Source of the DNA: an uncultured Duganella sp.
Lineage (GTDB): Bacteria; Pseudomonadota; Gammaproteobacteria; Burkholderiales; Burkholderiaceae_D
DNA length: 64,000 bases
Assembly (NCBI GenBank): GCA_966077345.1
Contig: CBHREK010000010.1
Coordinates: 18,877-82,876 of the forward strand
Direction of reading: 5' to 3'
This document shows, piece after piece, positions 41,526 through 52,638 of this stretch; within the stretch, counting starts at the first letter, position 1, and each line of letters begins with the position of its first letter. Under the pieces are notes generated by a model. The model had not been told where the DNA came from. It searched no databases and saw only the letters and a program-made list of their open reading frames with translations. The position numbers and the translations under genes are program-made.

Positions 41526-41634
41526 GGCCGAGCCCGTGTCAACCTTGGGGTCAGGCTCTTTGGTTGACACGGGCACAACCGTCGTGCGCATGAGCTTGTG
41601 TCAACTTGAGAGCCTGACCCCAAGGTTGACACGA
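41526..41634. repeat. Inverted REP doublet (BIME/REPIN-like)
   Basis: 41526-41572 is nearly identical to the RAYT-flanking REP; 41598-41634 is an inverted, slightly diverged copy. Lies between convergent putA and LysR genes. Confidence 0.88.
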
Positions 41635-41643
41635 AGTCAGCTG

Positions 41644-42612
41644 TTAGTAGGTGTCGTTCTTGGGATTGGTGCCCGGGGCGGTCTTCTGGGCGACGGAGTT
41701 CATGCTTTCGAGGTGGCCGCGCAGCCATTTGTGGGCCGGGCTGCGGGCGTCGCGTTCGTGCCAGAGCATGTCGAGGTGCACCGCCGGGAGCTGGAATGGC
41801 AGCTCTTTGTAGATCAGCGCGTCCGTCATGCCGGTGGAGGCGATCAGGTGCTTCGGCAGCACCGTGATCAGGTCGCTGTTGGCCACCACGCGGCCGGCGG
41901 TGAAGAATTGGTTCACTGTCAACAGAATGCGGCGTTCGCGCTGGATCTGCGCTAGCGCTTCGTCCACCAGGCCATGCGCTCGGCCGGAGAAGCTGACCAG
42001 CAAGTGGTTGGCTGAGCAGTAGTTGTCCAGGGTCAGGTCTTGCTTGGCCAGAGGGTGCCCGCGCCGCATCACGGCTACATAAATCCCAGAATACAGCCGC
42101 TCATGGCGAATCGGCGAGCTCGGTTCGCTCATCAATTGCGCCGCCACGCCGGGGAAAAAGCCCACCGCCAGGTCGATATCGCCGCGCAGCAGCATCGGCC
42201 GCGGTTCGCGCGTTGTCAAAGGAACCATGCGGATGTTCACGCCAGGCGCTTCGCGTTCGATCGAGCGCATCAGCGAGGGCAGCCAGAACGCGGCCGTCGC
42301 ATCCGCCATGGCCATGCGGAAAGTGGCGTGGGTCTTGGACACGTCGAACGTGCCCGGCGTCACTGCCGCTTCCAGCGAGGCCAAGGCGCTGCGCACCTGC
42401 GGCCACAGCGCTTCCGCCCGCGGCGTCGGCTTTACGCCGTAAGCCGTGCGGATCAGTAAATCGTCGCCCAGGCTTTCGCGCAGGCGCTTGATGGCATTCG
42501 ACACCGCCGGCTGCGTCATGGCCAGGTGGCCGGCAGCGCGCGTCAGGTTCTGCTCAGTCATTACCGCGTCGAATACGCGCAGCAGATTCAGGTCCAGGGT
42601 CAGAAAGCTCAT
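41644..42612 (-). CDS. LysR family regulator
   Basis: LDLNLLRVFDAVMTEQNLTRAA..LAMTQPAVSNAIKRLR. Confidence 0.93.
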   Translation of the reverse strand: MSFLTLDLNLLRVFDAVMTEQNLTRAAGHLAMTQPAVSNAIKRLRESLGDDLLIRTAYGVKPTPRAEALWPQVRSALASLEAAVTPGTFDVSKTHATFRMAMADATAAFWLPSLMRSIEREAPGVNIRMVPLTTREPRPMLLRGDIDLAVGFFPGVAAQLMSEPSSPIRHERLYSGIYVAVMRRGHPLAKQDLTLDNYCSANHLLVSFSGRAHGLVDEALAQIQRERRILLTVNQFFTAGRVVANSDLITVLPKHLIASTGMTDALIYKELPFQLPAVHLDMLWHERDARSPAHKWLRGHLESMNSVAQKTAPGTNPKNDTY

Positions 42613-42714
42613 CGGTCATTCACACCAATAATGATTGTTATGGAGAAACGGAATTGGCGTTATATGTTGCGGCGCACTATAGTACCAATAGATTCTAAAG
42701 GTATAGAAACGCCC

Positions 42715-42978
42715 ATGTCTACTTACATTAACATTATCGAATTCGCACAGTACCTGCCGCTGGTGATCCTGGCGCTGGCGCTGGCTGTCGTGTTCAAGCC
42801 GCTGCTGCGTGGTATCGCCCGCGCTGCCGTGCTTGTCGTTAAGCCAAAGTTGAGCAAAGAGGAACGCTTGCAGCGTCGCCTGATGCGCGACACCATGATG
42901 TTCAAGCGTATGCTGAATTCGATGGAAGGCTCGCCTAGCCACGTCGCAGAACTGCGAGCAATGGCCTGCCGCGCGTAA
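42715..42978 (+). CDS. Small single-TM hypothetical protein (87 aa)
   Basis: ATG 42715; hydrophobic LPLVILALALAVVF followed by a basic helix; host-like codons. Confidence 0.6.
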   Translation: MSTYINIIEFAQYLPLVILALALAVVFKPLLRGIARAAVLVVKPKLSKEERLQRRLMRDTMMFKRMLNSMEGSPSHVAELRAMACRA

Positions 42979-42997
42979 GCCTTCCGCAGCGCAGCAA

Positions 42998-43621
42998 TCA
43001 GTTCGTTTCTGGAGCCGGGGCTGGCTTGTCCGCGCCCGACAGCAGTTTCGGTTTCAGCGAAGAATCAACCGGCTTGTTGCCGATCCAGATGCGCATGATG
43101 GCGTTGAAGAACGCCTGGTCCGGCAGCGTTTCCCCGACTTTCTTACCGTTCAGGAACGGCTGGGAGCCAGTGCTTGGGTTCCAGTCGACGATCAGCTCGT
43201 CACCCTTCTTCAGTCCAGGGAACTGGGCAAAAATCTCCCCGAAAGCCTTGGTCTGAGGCAGCAGCTTGGTACGTTCTTCCGGGCTGACGTTGTCGTTCAG
43301 GCCCTTCATGAAGGCCATGCCGAAGTCGTCCGAGCTCAGGTCACGCATTGCAACGATGCGAATGCGGCGCGGGCCGCCGACGCTAAGGACGTCCTGCACG
43401 GTGGTCTTCTTTTCCTGCAGGTAGAAACCTACCGCGTAGACCTTGAACACCAGCTTGGTGCGCACACCGGCGCCGTTCAGCTTGAGATCATGGCCGGCAA
43501 CGTTGACCGTTTCCGGGAATTTGACGCCTGCCACTTCGGCGGCGAAGGCTGGAAGGCTGCTGGCGGCCAGGAAAGCGGCGGCGGCAGCAACTTGTAAAAG
43601 TTTACGGCGAGTAATACTCAT
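42998..43621 (-). CDS. Chalcone isomerase-fold exported protein
   Basis: Signal peptide (TRRKLL..AFA), LNGAGVRTKLVFKVY, AIMRIWIG. Confidence 0.8.
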   Translation of the reverse strand: MSITRRKLLQVAAAAAFLAASSLPAFAAEVAGVKFPETVNVAGHDLKLNGAGVRTKLVFKVYAVGFYLQEKKTTVQDVLSVGGPRRIRIVAMRDLSSDDFGMAFMKGLNDNVSPEERTKLLPQTKAFGEIFAQFPGLKKGDELIVDWNPSTGSQPFLNGKKVGETLPDQAFFNAIMRIWIGNKPVDSSLKPKLLSGADKPAPAPETN

Positions 43622-43679
43622 TTTGTCTCCGTTTGTATCAGATAGCAATATAACGCAGCGCTACCCTTTTTGGGAGGCA

Positions 43680-43934
43680 TCAGGTCTTATCTGCCTGCAA
43701 TTTCTCGAATTTTGCCAACAGTTGCTCCTTGCTTTCCCGCCAATCTGGATTAAATGGTATGCAAGAGACCGGGCAGACTTGCTGGCACTGCGGTTCATCG
43801 AAGTGACCGACGCATTCGGTGCACTTGTTGGGATCAATTTCATAGATCTCCGGACCCATGTAGATCGCGTCGTTCGGGCACTCCGGCTCGCACACGTCGC
43901 AATTGATGCAGTCGTCGGTAATCATTAAAGCCAT
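43680..43934 (-). CDS. YfhL-family 2x[4Fe-4S] ferredoxin
   Basis: CINCDVCEPECP and CTECVGHFDEPQCQQVCP. Confidence 0.92.
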   Translation of the reverse strand: MALMITDDCINCDVCEPECPNDAIYMGPEIYEIDPNKCTECVGHFDEPQCQQVCPVSCIPFNPDWRESKEQLLAKFEKLQADKT

Positions 43935-43946
43935 GGCAATACTCTC

Positions 43947-44474
<528 letters not shown>

Positions 44475-45059
44475 TTATGCCTCATTTTCAGGCAATGCCT
44501 GAAGCAGGTGGTAGTAGACCATCCCCGCTTTATCGGCACGCACCACTTCCCAGCCTTCCAGGGCCAGCGGTGCTTCCGCCTCGGCATAAATCAGGCCGCC
44601 ATCTTTGAGCAGTGCGCGGCATAGCGGCAGCGAGCGCTCCAGCAAGCCTTGTTGGTAAGGCGGGTCGAGGAAGATCAGGTCGAACCTGGCGCCGCGGCCG
44701 GCCAGCGATTGCGCCGTCGCCAGGGCGTCGCCGCGCTGGATTGCGATATTGGTGGCCTTCAGCTTTTCGCGGTTGGCCTCGAGCTGGCGCACCACCGCGC
44801 TATTGGCGTCGACCATGGTGACCTTGGCCGCGCCGCGGCTGGCAGCCTCGAAACCAAGTGCTCCGCTGCCGGCGAACAGGTCCAGCACCTGGGTGTCGCT
44901 CCAGGCGGCATCGTTCAGGTGGTTGATCCAGTTGAAGACGGTTTCGCGCACGCGGTCTGGCGTCGGGCGCAGGCCCAGCGCTTCCAGGACGGGCAGCGGC
45001 GTGCGCTTCCAGTCGCCGCCGATGATGCGGACCTGGTTGGGGACTTTCTTCTTTTGCAT
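44475..45059 (-). CDS. rsmD: 16S rRNA m2G966 methyltransferase
   Basis: VRIIGG, LRPTPDRVRETVFNW, DLFAGSGALG, FLDPPY; start could be 45068. Confidence 0.93.
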   Translation of the reverse strand: MQKKKVPNQVRIIGGDWKRTPLPVLEALGLRPTPDRVRETVFNWINHLNDAAWSDTQVLDLFAGSGALGFEAASRGAAKVTMVDANSAVVRQLEANREKLKATNIAIQRGDALATAQSLAGRGARFDLIFLDPPYQQGLLERSLPLCRALLKDGGLIYAEAEAPLALEGWEVVRADKAGMVYYHLLQALPENEA

Positions 45060-45095
45060 GGCCGGCATTATCTCATGCCGCCCGAGGGCCAAGCC

Positions 45096-45962
45096 TTAAT
45101 GCACTTGCGCCGCAAGGGTATTCAGGTCCTTGATCCAGCCGTCCATGCGCTTTTGCGCATGGGCTTTCTGCTCCGGCGTGGAGATGCGCACCACGGTGTG
45201 CACAAGTTCCAGCGTCGACTGCGTATAGTTGTCGAAAAAGGCTTTGCGCTCCGAGATGCCAAAGCGGTCGAAGCCTGAGCGGATCAGCTCCTCTATCCAT
45301 TGCGTGGCGACCTGCTTGCTCGGTTGCTCGGTCATGATCTTGCGCGCCAGGCTCATGATCTTGAACTGGCGCCGCATGCGTTCATCAAGCCACAGCGCGT
45401 TATCCAGGGGCCTTGCGTCGGAAGCCTTGCGGATGATCGCTTCCTGCTCGTCGCTGAAATCGCCGAACCACAGTTCGAACTGTTCCATCGACTTCTTGTA
45501 GCGGAACTTGTTCTGGTCCTGCGCGTCGCCCTTCATATTCTCTTTGCGGAACTTGGCGTTGTTCTTGGCGAATTTCTTTTCCATGCTCGCCAGTTGCTCG
45601 GGCTTGAGCGATAGCGCCAGGTCCGCAATATCGGGCGCGGAGCGCAGCAGCAGGGCCTCGGTGCGGTCGCGGATATCCACGTAATCGGCCATCAGGTCGG
45701 CCTGCGTCGGGTTGCCGCGCAACTGGTGCTGGGCCTTTTGCAGGAATTGCACATAGTCCTGCAGCTGGGTCTTGCGGTGCCAGCGGAAGAACTCCCCGAT
45801 ATCCTGCTTGACGTCCGCCTTTTGCTCGCTGTCGAAATCGACATAGGCGTCGAGCCACCAGTACAGCAGGGTGTCAGCGTTGTTATAAGCCAGGCGCAGG
45901 GAACTGCACGCTGCGAGCAGAAGGGCAAAAGCCAGCACGATCCACGTGTTAAACTTTTTCAT
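45096..45962 (-). CDS. Lipoprotein (DUF6279-like)
   Basis: Lipobox LLAAC; [24 protein letters not shown]. Confidence 0.7.
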   Translation of the reverse strand: MKKFNTWIVLAFALLLAACSSLRLAYNNADTLLYWWLDAYVDFDSEQKADVKQDIGEFFRWHRKTQLQDYVQFLQKAQHQLRGNPTQADLMADYVDIRDRTEALLLRSAPDIADLALSLKPEQLASMEKKFAKNNAKFRKENMKGDAQDQNKFRYKKSMEQFELWFGDFSDEQEAIIRKASDARPLDNALWLDERMRRQFKIMSLARKIMTEQPSKQVATQWIEELIRSGFDRFGISERKAFFDNYTQSTLELVHTVVRISTPEQKAHAQKRMDGWIKDLNTLAAQVH

Positions 45963-45991
45963 ATATCAACTCACACAAGAACAATCGGTCT

Positions 45992-47371
45992 ATGAACGTC
46001 GTCATTCTCGCCGCTGGCATGGGTAAACGCATGCAGTCGGCGCTGCCAAAAGTTTTACATCCCGTTGCTGGCAAGTCCCTGTTGTCTCACGTTATCGATA
46101 CCGCGCGCAGCCTGTCTCCGGCTAAATTGTGCGTTATTTACGGTCACGGCGGCGCAGCGGTGCTGGCTTCGCTGGACAAGCACAAGGCCGTTCCTGGCAC
46201 CGAAATTTCCGCCGCGTTGCAAGAACCGCAACTGGGTACCGGCCACGCGGTCCAGCAAGGCCTGGAGCACCTCGACGATGACCAGCCAACCCTGGTGCTG
46301 TATGGCGACGTGCCGCTGACTTCCGCCGCATCGCTGAAACGCCTGGCCGAAGCCGCCGGCAAGGACAAGCTGGGCATCCTGACCGTGGTGCAGGACAACC
46401 CGTTCGGCCTGGGCCGCATCGTCCGCGTGGGCGGCGCCATCCAGCGCATCGTTGAAGAGAAGGATGCCACAGAAGCCGAGCGCATGATCAAGGAAATCAA
46501 TTCCGGCATCATGGTGATCCCGACCGCCAAGCTGAAACAGTGGCTGGGCAAGCTGAAAAACGAAAACGCGCAAGGCGAGTACTACCTGACCGATATCGTC
46601 GCCATGGCGGTGGAGGAAGGCGTGCAAGTGGTATCGGCCCACCCTGCCGCAGCATGGGAAGTGCTGGGCGTGAACAGCAAGGCGCAACTGGCCGAACTGG
46701 AACGCATCTACCAGCGCAGCGTCGCCAACGCCCTGCTGGACAAAGGCGTGACCCTGGCCGACCCGGCGCGCATCGACGTGCGCGGCGAACTGACTTGTGG
46801 CCGCGACGTGACCATCGACGTCGGCTGCGTCTTCGAAGGCAAAGTCGAAATCGGCGAAGGTGCAACCATCGGCCCGAACTGCGTGCTGATCAACGCCAAG
46901 ATCGGCGCCGGCGCCAATATCAAGGCCTTCACCCATATCGAAGAAGCGGTGGTGGGCGACAAGGGCCAGATCGGCCCATATGCCCGCCTGCGTCCCGGCA
47001 CCGAACTGGGCGAGGACGTCCATGTGGGTAACTTCGTCGAGATCAAGAACAGCCAGGTTGCCGCGCACAGCAAGGCAAACCACCTGGCCTATGTGGGCGA
47101 TGCAACCGTCGGTTCGCGCGTGAACATCGGCGCCGGCACCATCACCTGCAACTACGATGGCGCAAACAAGTTCCGCACCGTGATCGAAGACGACGCCTTT
47201 ATCGGCAGCGACAGCCAGCTCGTGGCCCCAGTAACCGTGGGCGCGGGCGCAACCATCGGCGCCGGCACGACGCTGACCAAGGATGCGCCGGCCGGCAAGC
47301 TGACCATCTCGCGTCCAAAGCAACTCACGATCGAAGGCTGGAAGCGCCCAGTGAAGGTCAAGAAAACCTAA
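45992..47371 (+). CDS. glmU: Bifunctional GlcNAc-1-P uridyltransferase/acetyltransferase
   Basis: [16 protein letters not shown], hexapeptide repeats, NYDGANK. Confidence 0.98.
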   Translation: MNVVILAAGMGKRMQSALPKVLHPVAGKSLLSHVIDTARSLSPAKLCVIYGHGGAAVLASLDKHKAVPGTEISAALQEPQLGTGHAVQQGLEHLDDDQPTLVLYGDVPLTSAASLKRLAEAAGKDKLGILTVVQDNPFGLGRIVRVGGAIQRIVEEKDATEAERMIKEINSGIMVIPTAKLKQWLGKLKNENAQGEYYLTDIVAMAVEEGVQVVSAHPAAAWEVLGVNSKAQLAELERIYQRSVANALLDKGVTLADPARIDVRGELTCGRDVTIDVGCVFEGKVEIGEGATIGPNCVLINAKIGAGANIKAFTHIEEAVVGDKGQIGPYARLRPGTELGEDVHVGNFVEIKNSQVAAHSKANHLAYVGDATVGSRVNIGAGTITCNYDGANKFRTVIEDDAFIGSDSQLVAPVTVGAGATIGAGTTLTKDAPAGKLTISRPKQLTIEGWKRPVKVKKT

Positions 47372-47964
47372 GCTACCGAAAACTGGCGGCGGCGCTGGTA
47401 AGTAAATTTCACCAGTTCGGGGAAGAAGCGATCGAATCCTTCGGCGATCGCGTCGTAGTGCTGCTGCACTTCCCCGATGCCTTCGCGCAGCAGGTGGCCA
47501 TTGCGGCTTAGCCTGTCCGACATGCGGGTCAGCGCCAGCTCGACCCCGCTGAATTCTCCATAAGCACCCAGCCAGTCCTGCTTGATCAGCTTGGGCAGGA
47601 TTTCGCGCAGCCGTTCCGGCAATTGCCCTTCATGCGCCGCCAGGGCGCCATAAAAGCGCTCGATCAGCTCCTGGCGCGGCTCCTCGCAGTATTCGTCCCA
47701 GCGCTGGCTCAGGATATGGTCGTAGAACACGTCCAGCACGATGCCTGCATAACGTCGCCTGCCCTCGGTGAACAGGCTCTTGGCCTCGGTGACGACCGGG
47801 TGACTGTCCGTGAACGAATCGATGAACCGGTGCAGCGCAATCTCGTTCGCGATCTCGGGCGCATAGTGATCCCCACCGTTCGCTTTGACGAAATCGCCCA
47901 GCATGGCGCCGACCATCGCCGCTTCGCTATGGCGTGCCAGGTAGATATGTGCGAGGTAGTTCAT
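47368..47964 (-). CDS. acpH: ACP phosphodiesterase
   Basis: [33 protein letters not shown]. Confidence 0.88.
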   Translation of the reverse strand: MNYLAHIYLARHSEAAMVGAMLGDFVKANGGDHYAPEIANEIALHRFIDSFTDSHPVVTEAKSLFTEGRRRYAGIVLDVFYDHILSQRWDEYCEEPRQELIERFYGALAAHEGQLPERLREILPKLIKQDWLGAYGEFSGVELALTRMSDRLSRNGHLLREGIGEVQQHYDAIAEGFDRFFPELVKFTYQRRRQFSVA

Positions 47965-47979
47965 GCCTCATTCTAGCGC

Positions 47980-48290
47980 TGTGGATAAAGATGTGTAAAA
48001 GCCAGTGCAATTCCGCCTGAAAACCATGGGAAAGGCATTGGATAAGCACGAAGTGGTATGCATGAATTATTCACACAGCAAGCATTGGCGCGGCAATTGT
48101 GGAAAAGTCTGGGGAGTAGCTGCGTATAACCTTGGATAACTCCAAATTGTGGATAACGATGTGGGAAACCCCGAGGAAAACGACTGAATATGCGGTGCGG
48201 AACGCTGGATAACTGCATCTGGCTTGTGCGCATTTGTGGAAAAACTTGTGCATAAGCCTGTGTTCAGCCGAGTATAAGCCGGGATAAGTT
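47980..48290. promoter_or_regulatory. Dense DnaA-box cluster
   Basis: TTWTNCACA matches at 47980, 48067, 48098, 48148, 48235, 48247; near matches at 48037, 48121, 48131, 48160, 48204. Confidence 0.8.
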
Positions 48291-48292
48291 GT

Positions 48293-48751
48293 TCAGACCG
48301 GAATACTGGTTTCGAACTTGCTGCGGAAAGTGGAAAAGTAGGCTTTGACGTTGCGGACATTGGCCTGGCCTGCGAATAAACGGTGGGCCAGCGCGTGATA
48401 GGCCGGCATATCAGCCACCTGGACGATCAGCACGAAATCTGGCCCGGGCGACACGCGGTAACACTGCAGCACAGCCGGTTCCGGCGCCACCAGCGCCTCG
48501 AATTCCGCCATCCGTTCGGCGGCCTGGATATCTAAGGAGATTTCCACAACCGCTGTCAGGTGGGCGCCGACCTTGTCTGGCGCCACCAAGGCTACTTCGC
48601 GCTCAATTACGCCGGAATCGCGCAAATGCTTGACCCGCCGCAAACAGGTGGGCGCCGAAACGTGTACCGTGGCAGCCAATTCGGCATTGGTTTGGGAGGC
48701 ATCCTTCTGTAGGGCGTTCAGGATACGCCGATCAATTTCATCAAAGTCCAT
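48293..48751 (-). CDS. Lrp/AsnC family regulator divergent from glmS
   Basis: DEIDRRILNALQKDASQTNAELA, CYRVSPGPDF. Confidence 0.9.
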   Translation of the reverse strand: MDFDEIDRRILNALQKDASQTNAELAATVHVSAPTCLRRVKHLRDSGVIEREVALVAPDKVGAHLTAVVEISLDIQAAERMAEFEALVAPEPAVLQCYRVSPGPDFVLIVQVADMPAYHALAHRLFAGQANVRNVKAYFSTFRSKFETSIPV

Positions 48752-48755
48752 AATT

Positions 48756-48799
48756 TGAAAGAATATTTCAATGACTGCATAGTGAGAAATATTCTTTCA
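48756..48799. promoter_or_regulatory. 14-bp inverted repeat, probable operator
   Basis: TGAAAGAATATTTC (48756-48769) / GAAATATTCTTTCA (48786-48799), 16-nt spacer. Confidence 0.55.
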
Positions 48800-48880
48800 C
48801 AGTATCGCTAAATGAGAAAGCAAATTTCTTCGCGACTGCTCTAGCATGCATCCATTAACTCTTTAAGAATGAGGTTTCGT

Positions 48881-50710
48881 ATGTGCGGTATCGTCGGCGC
48901 TGTCGCCCAGCGCAATATCACCCCTATCCTGGTTGAAGGCCTGAAGCGCCTGGAATACCGCGGCTACGACTCCTGCGGCGTCGCCTTGCACCTGGACGGC
49001 AAGCTGCAGCGCTCGCGCAGTACCTCCCGCGTGGCCGACCTCGAAAAGCAGATCAACGAAGGTGGCCTGAACGGCTTCACTGGCATCGCCCACACCCGTT
49101 GGGCCACCCACGGCGCCCCAGCATCGCACAACGCCCACCCGCATTTCTCGCCAAGCGAATCGGCCGCCCGCATCGCCCTGGTCCACAACGGCATCATTGA
49201 AAACCACGACGAACTGCGCGCCGAACTGACCGCTCTGGGTTACGTATTCACCAGCCAGACCGACACCGAAGTGATCGCCCACCTGGTTGACCACATGTAT
49301 AACGGTGACCTGTTCGACACCGTGCAGCACGCCGTCAAACGCCTGCATGGCGCTTACGCTATCGCCGTGTTCTGCCGCGAAGAGCCACACCGCGTGGTCG
49401 CCGCGCGCCAGGGCTCGCCGCTGATCGTCGGCATCGGCCAGGGTGAAAACTTCGTCGCCTCCGATGCGATGGCGCTGGCCGGCACCACCGACCAGATCAT
49501 CTACCTGGAAGAAGGCGACGTGGTCGACCTGCAACTGGGCCGCGTCTGGATCGTCGACGTTGACGGCAAACAAGTACAGCGCGAAGTGAAGACCGTGCAC
49601 GCCCACACCGGCGCTGCGGAACTGGGCCCATACCGCCACTTCATGCAGAAGGAAATCTTCGAGCAGCCACGCGTAGTCGGCGACACGCTGGAAGGCGTGA
49701 CCGGCATCATGCCGGAGCTGTTCGGCGACGGCGCCTACAAGGTATTCAAGGAAATCGACCGCGTGCTGATCCTCGCCTGCGGCACCAGCTACTACGCCGG
49801 ATCGACCGCAAAATACTGGATCGAATCGATCGCCAAGGTACCGGTCAGCGTGGAGATCGCCTCCGAATACCGCTACCGCGACAGCGTGCCGAATCCGAAA
49901 ACCCTGGTAGTGACCATCTCCCAGTCCGGCGAAACCGCCGACACCATCGCCGCGCTGAAGCACGCGCGCAGCCTGGGCATGGAACACACCCTGACCATCT
50001 GCAACGTGGCCACCAGCGCCATGGTGCGCGAGTGCAAACTGGCCTACATCACCCGCGCCGGTGTTGAAGTTGGCGTGGCATCGACCAAAGCCTTCACCAC
50101 CCAGCTCGCCGCCCTGTTCCTGCTGACCCTCAGCCTGGCGCAAGTGAATGGCCTGCTGACCGAAGAACAGGAATCCGCACACCTGAAAGACATGCGCCAC
50201 CTGCCTTCCGCCATCGCCGCCGTGCTGGCGCTGGAACCGCAGATCATCGCCTGGGCCGAAGAATTCGCGCGCAAGGAAAACGCCCTGTTCCTGGGCCGCG
50301 GCATGCACTACCCGATCGCCCTGGAAGGCGCGCTGAAGCTGAAAGAGATCTCGTACATCCACGCGGAAGCCTATCCTGCCGGTGAACTGAAACACGGCCC
50401 GCTGGCGCTGGTGACCGACGAAATGCCGGTCGTGACCATCGCCCCGAACGACGCGCTGCTGGAAAAACTGAAGTCGAACATGCAGGAAGTGCGCGCCCGC
50501 GGCGGCCAGCTCTACGTCTTCGCCGACGTCGACTCGCGCATTACTTCCGGCGACGGACTGCACGTGATCCGCCTGCCGGAACACTACGGCCAATTGTCCC
50601 CGATCCTGCACGTGGTTGCGCTGCAGCTGCTCGCCTATCACACCGCCTTGGCACGCGGTACCGATGTCGACAAGCCTCGCAACCTGGCTAAATCGGTGAC
50701 GGTCGAGTGA
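48881..50710 (+). CDS. glmS: Glutamine-fructose-6-phosphate aminotransferase
   Basis: [41 protein letters not shown]. Confidence 0.99.
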   Translation: MCGIVGAVAQRNITPILVEGLKRLEYRGYDSCGVALHLDGKLQRSRSTSRVADLEKQINEGGLNGFTGIAHTRWATHGAPASHNAHPHFSPSESAARIALVHNGIIENHDELRAELTALGYVFTSQTDTEVIAHLVDHMYNGDLFDTVQHAVKRLHGAYAIAVFCREEPHRVVAARQGSPLIVGIGQGENFVASDAMALAGTTDQIIYLEEGDVVDLQLGRVWIVDVDGKQVQREVKTVHAHTGAAELGPYRHFMQKEIFEQPRVVGDTLEGVTGIMPELFGDGAYKVFKEIDRVLILACGTSYYAGSTAKYWIESIAKVPVSVEIASEYRYRDSVPNPKTLVVTISQSGETADTIAALKHARSLGMEHTLTICNVATSAMVRECKLAYITRAGVEVGVASTKAFTTQLAALFLLTLSLAQVNGLLTEEQESAHLKDMRHLPSAIAAVLALEPQIIAWAEEFARKENALFLGRGMHYPIALEGALKLKEISYIHAEAYPAGELKHGPLALVTDEMPVVTIAPNDALLEKLKSNMQEVRARGGQLYVFADVDSRITSGDGLHVIRLPEHYGQLSPILHVVALQLLAYHTALARGTDVDKPRNLAKSVTVE

Positions 50711-50778
50711 GCCAGTTTGCGCTTCTTTTAGGTCAGTAAGAGACGCAGCAGTGCGCCGCCGCAGCGGCGCACCATCAT

Positions 50779-51072
50779 TTAAGCGATCTTCTGCATCTCG
50801 TAGAGCTGGAAGTCCGCAATTGTGGAGCCACCAGTCCTTTGGAAAATCCTGATACGCTCACTGCTCATGTGAGCGTGCCAGGCTTCGTAAGACTCCCACT
50901 CCTCGACAAACGTCACCAGTGCCGGGTCGTGATTCGACAGATGCAGCTCGTATCGCAGGCAGCCCGTGGTACCACGCGTCGCCTCCACTAGCTGGATCTG
51001 CGCCGCGATCATCTTCTGTTCCATGCCTGGTTTGGCGCGGGCGTGCGCCACAATAATCAGCGAGTTGGCCAT
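50779..51072 (-). CDS. ABM/quinol monooxygenase-family protein
   Basis: AHARAKPG, GCLRYELH, FVEEWES..AH. Confidence 0.8.
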   Translation of the reverse strand: MANSLIIVAHARAKPGMEQKMIAAQIQLVEATRGTTGCLRYELHLSNHDPALVTFVEEWESYEAWHAHMSSERIRIFQRTGGSTIADFQLYEMQKIA

Positions 51073-51082
51073 AAACCGTACC

Positions 51083-51619
51083 TTAACGCTGCTGCTTGAT
51101 CGCAGTGACAGGTGGGTACTTGTCCAGGTCATCAATCGACGTGCCACCCTTCAGCCAGTTCACTACCCAGCCACTTTCGAGGATGTTGACCGTCTGCGAG
51201 CCGGCTGGCAGCCAGGCTTCATGGACCACACCTGGCGGAGCGCGGAAGAAGCCGCCGTTATCCACGTTATAGCGCACACCGTTCGATTCGAAGACGTGGG
51301 TGCCGCCAACCAGCACTACATGGGTCTCGGCCAGGTCATGCGTATGGGGCTTGATGCGCACAGCAACTGGCGTACGGAACATGATCATGGTTAGTTTGGT
51401 TTTCGGATCACTGTGCAGGATTGCATATTCCGGTGAGCGGTCGCCTGCTTCGGGAATGGTCTTTTCCCATTTCAGCGCGCCGGGATTCAACAGCAGCGGC
51501 GCGACTTCCTTCATTTGCGCGTCGTCCGAATGTGCCAGGGCTGGCTGGGTCACGCCAGTGAAGGCGAATGCTGCCAGCAGCGCCGCGCCAGCATGTTTGA
51601 AGAAGCTGATTTTTTTCAT
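51083..51619 (-). CDS. Exported cupin-domain protein
   Basis: Signal peptide ending ALA; cupin motifs PHTHDLAETHVVL and PPGVVHEA. Confidence 0.75.
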   Translation of the reverse strand: MKKISFFKHAGAALLAAFAFTGVTQPALAHSDDAQMKEVAPLLLNPGALKWEKTIPEAGDRSPEYAILHSDPKTKLTMIMFRTPVAVRIKPHTHDLAETHVVLVGGTHVFESNGVRYNVDNGGFFRAPPGVVHEAWLPAGSQTVNILESGWVVNWLKGGTSIDDLDKYPPVTAIKQQR

Positions 51620-51848
51620 GATGTAGTCCTCGACAGTTGCGGCAACCCTTGCTGCCTGGACTGAAGTATGGGTTGCCAGCGCAGCTCGAAAAATCCCCCT
51701 CCCAGAACATCTCCTTTGAATCCAATTCATGGATGTGCGCCATTAGCGAAGTGGATTCACAGGTCTTATTCCCTTGCCCGCATTTTTCCCTTGATGCCCC
51801 GCCCCTATTCTTCGGTCTCGTCTTCAACTCTCACTCAACGAGGAAAAC

Positions 51849-52637
51849 ATGAACCTGGACCTGAACAATAAAACCGCCCTGGTAAGCGCATCGACTTCCG
51901 GCATTGGCTATGCCATCGCCGACCGCTTGCTGGAGGAAGGAGCTACCGTCATCATCAATGGCCGCAGCGAAGCCACCGTCGCGCAGGCTGTCGCCACACT
52001 GGTTGAGAAACATGGCGCAGGGCGTGTACTGTCCCTGGCCACTGACCTGAGCGTGCCTGGCGCGGAGCAGCAGGCGGCTGCCAAATTCCCAGAAATCGAC
52101 ATTCTGGTCAACAACATGGGCACATACGCGCTGAATGACTTCTTCAGCACCACGGATGCCGACTGGCACAGCATGTTCGAGACCAACGTCTGGAGCGGCG
52201 TACGGCTGGCCAGAACATATATGAAATCAATGCTCGAGCGCGGCCATGGCCGGGTGATCTTTATTTCGAGCGAAGTGGCCCTGACGCCAATGGCCGCGAT
52301 GGCGCATTACAGCGCGAGCAAGGCAACCCAGCTTTCCATCTCTCGCAGCCTGGCCGGACTAACCAAAGGAACTGCGGTGACGGTGAACTCGGTACTGCCT
52401 GGGCCTACTGAGACGGAAAGCCTGAAGTCCTTCATCCAGTCCGTGAATCCGGGCCTGTCCTATGCCGATGCAGAGCGCAAATTCATGGATGAAAACCGCC
52501 CGTCTTCCTTGATCTACCGCCTCGCCAAGCCGTCGGAAGTAGCGAACGTTGTCGCCTTCCTGTCCAGCGAGCGTGCCGCTGTGATCAATGGTGCCGCTAT
52601 CCGCGCTGAAGGCGGCACTGTCCAGACCATTGCCTGA
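51849..52637 (+). CDS. Short-chain dehydrogenase/reductase
   Basis: ASTSGIG, NNMG, HYSASK, VLPGPT. Confidence 0.88.
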   Translation: MNLDLNNKTALVSASTSGIGYAIADRLLEEGATVIINGRSEATVAQAVATLVEKHGAGRVLSLATDLSVPGAEQQAAAKFPEIDILVNNMGTYALNDFFSTTDADWHSMFETNVWSGVRLARTYMKSMLERGHGRVIFISSEVALTPMAAMAHYSASKATQLSISRSLAGLTKGTAVTVNSVLPGPTETESLKSFIQSVNPGLSYADAERKFMDENRPSSLIYRLAKPSEVANVVAFLSSERAAVINGAAIRAEGGTVQTIA

Positions 52638-52638
52638 T

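Noticed and set aside
41521-41955. CRISPR-like repeat or 139-aa ORF at the REP doublet
   Set aside because: Only two inverted copies, no direct repeat-spacer array and no cas genes; the ORF is REP-derived and antisense to the LysR gene.
48752-48880. glmS ribozyme
   Set aside because: The gap is only 129 bp and AT-rich with no ribozyme core visible; the ribozyme is mainly a Firmicutes feature.
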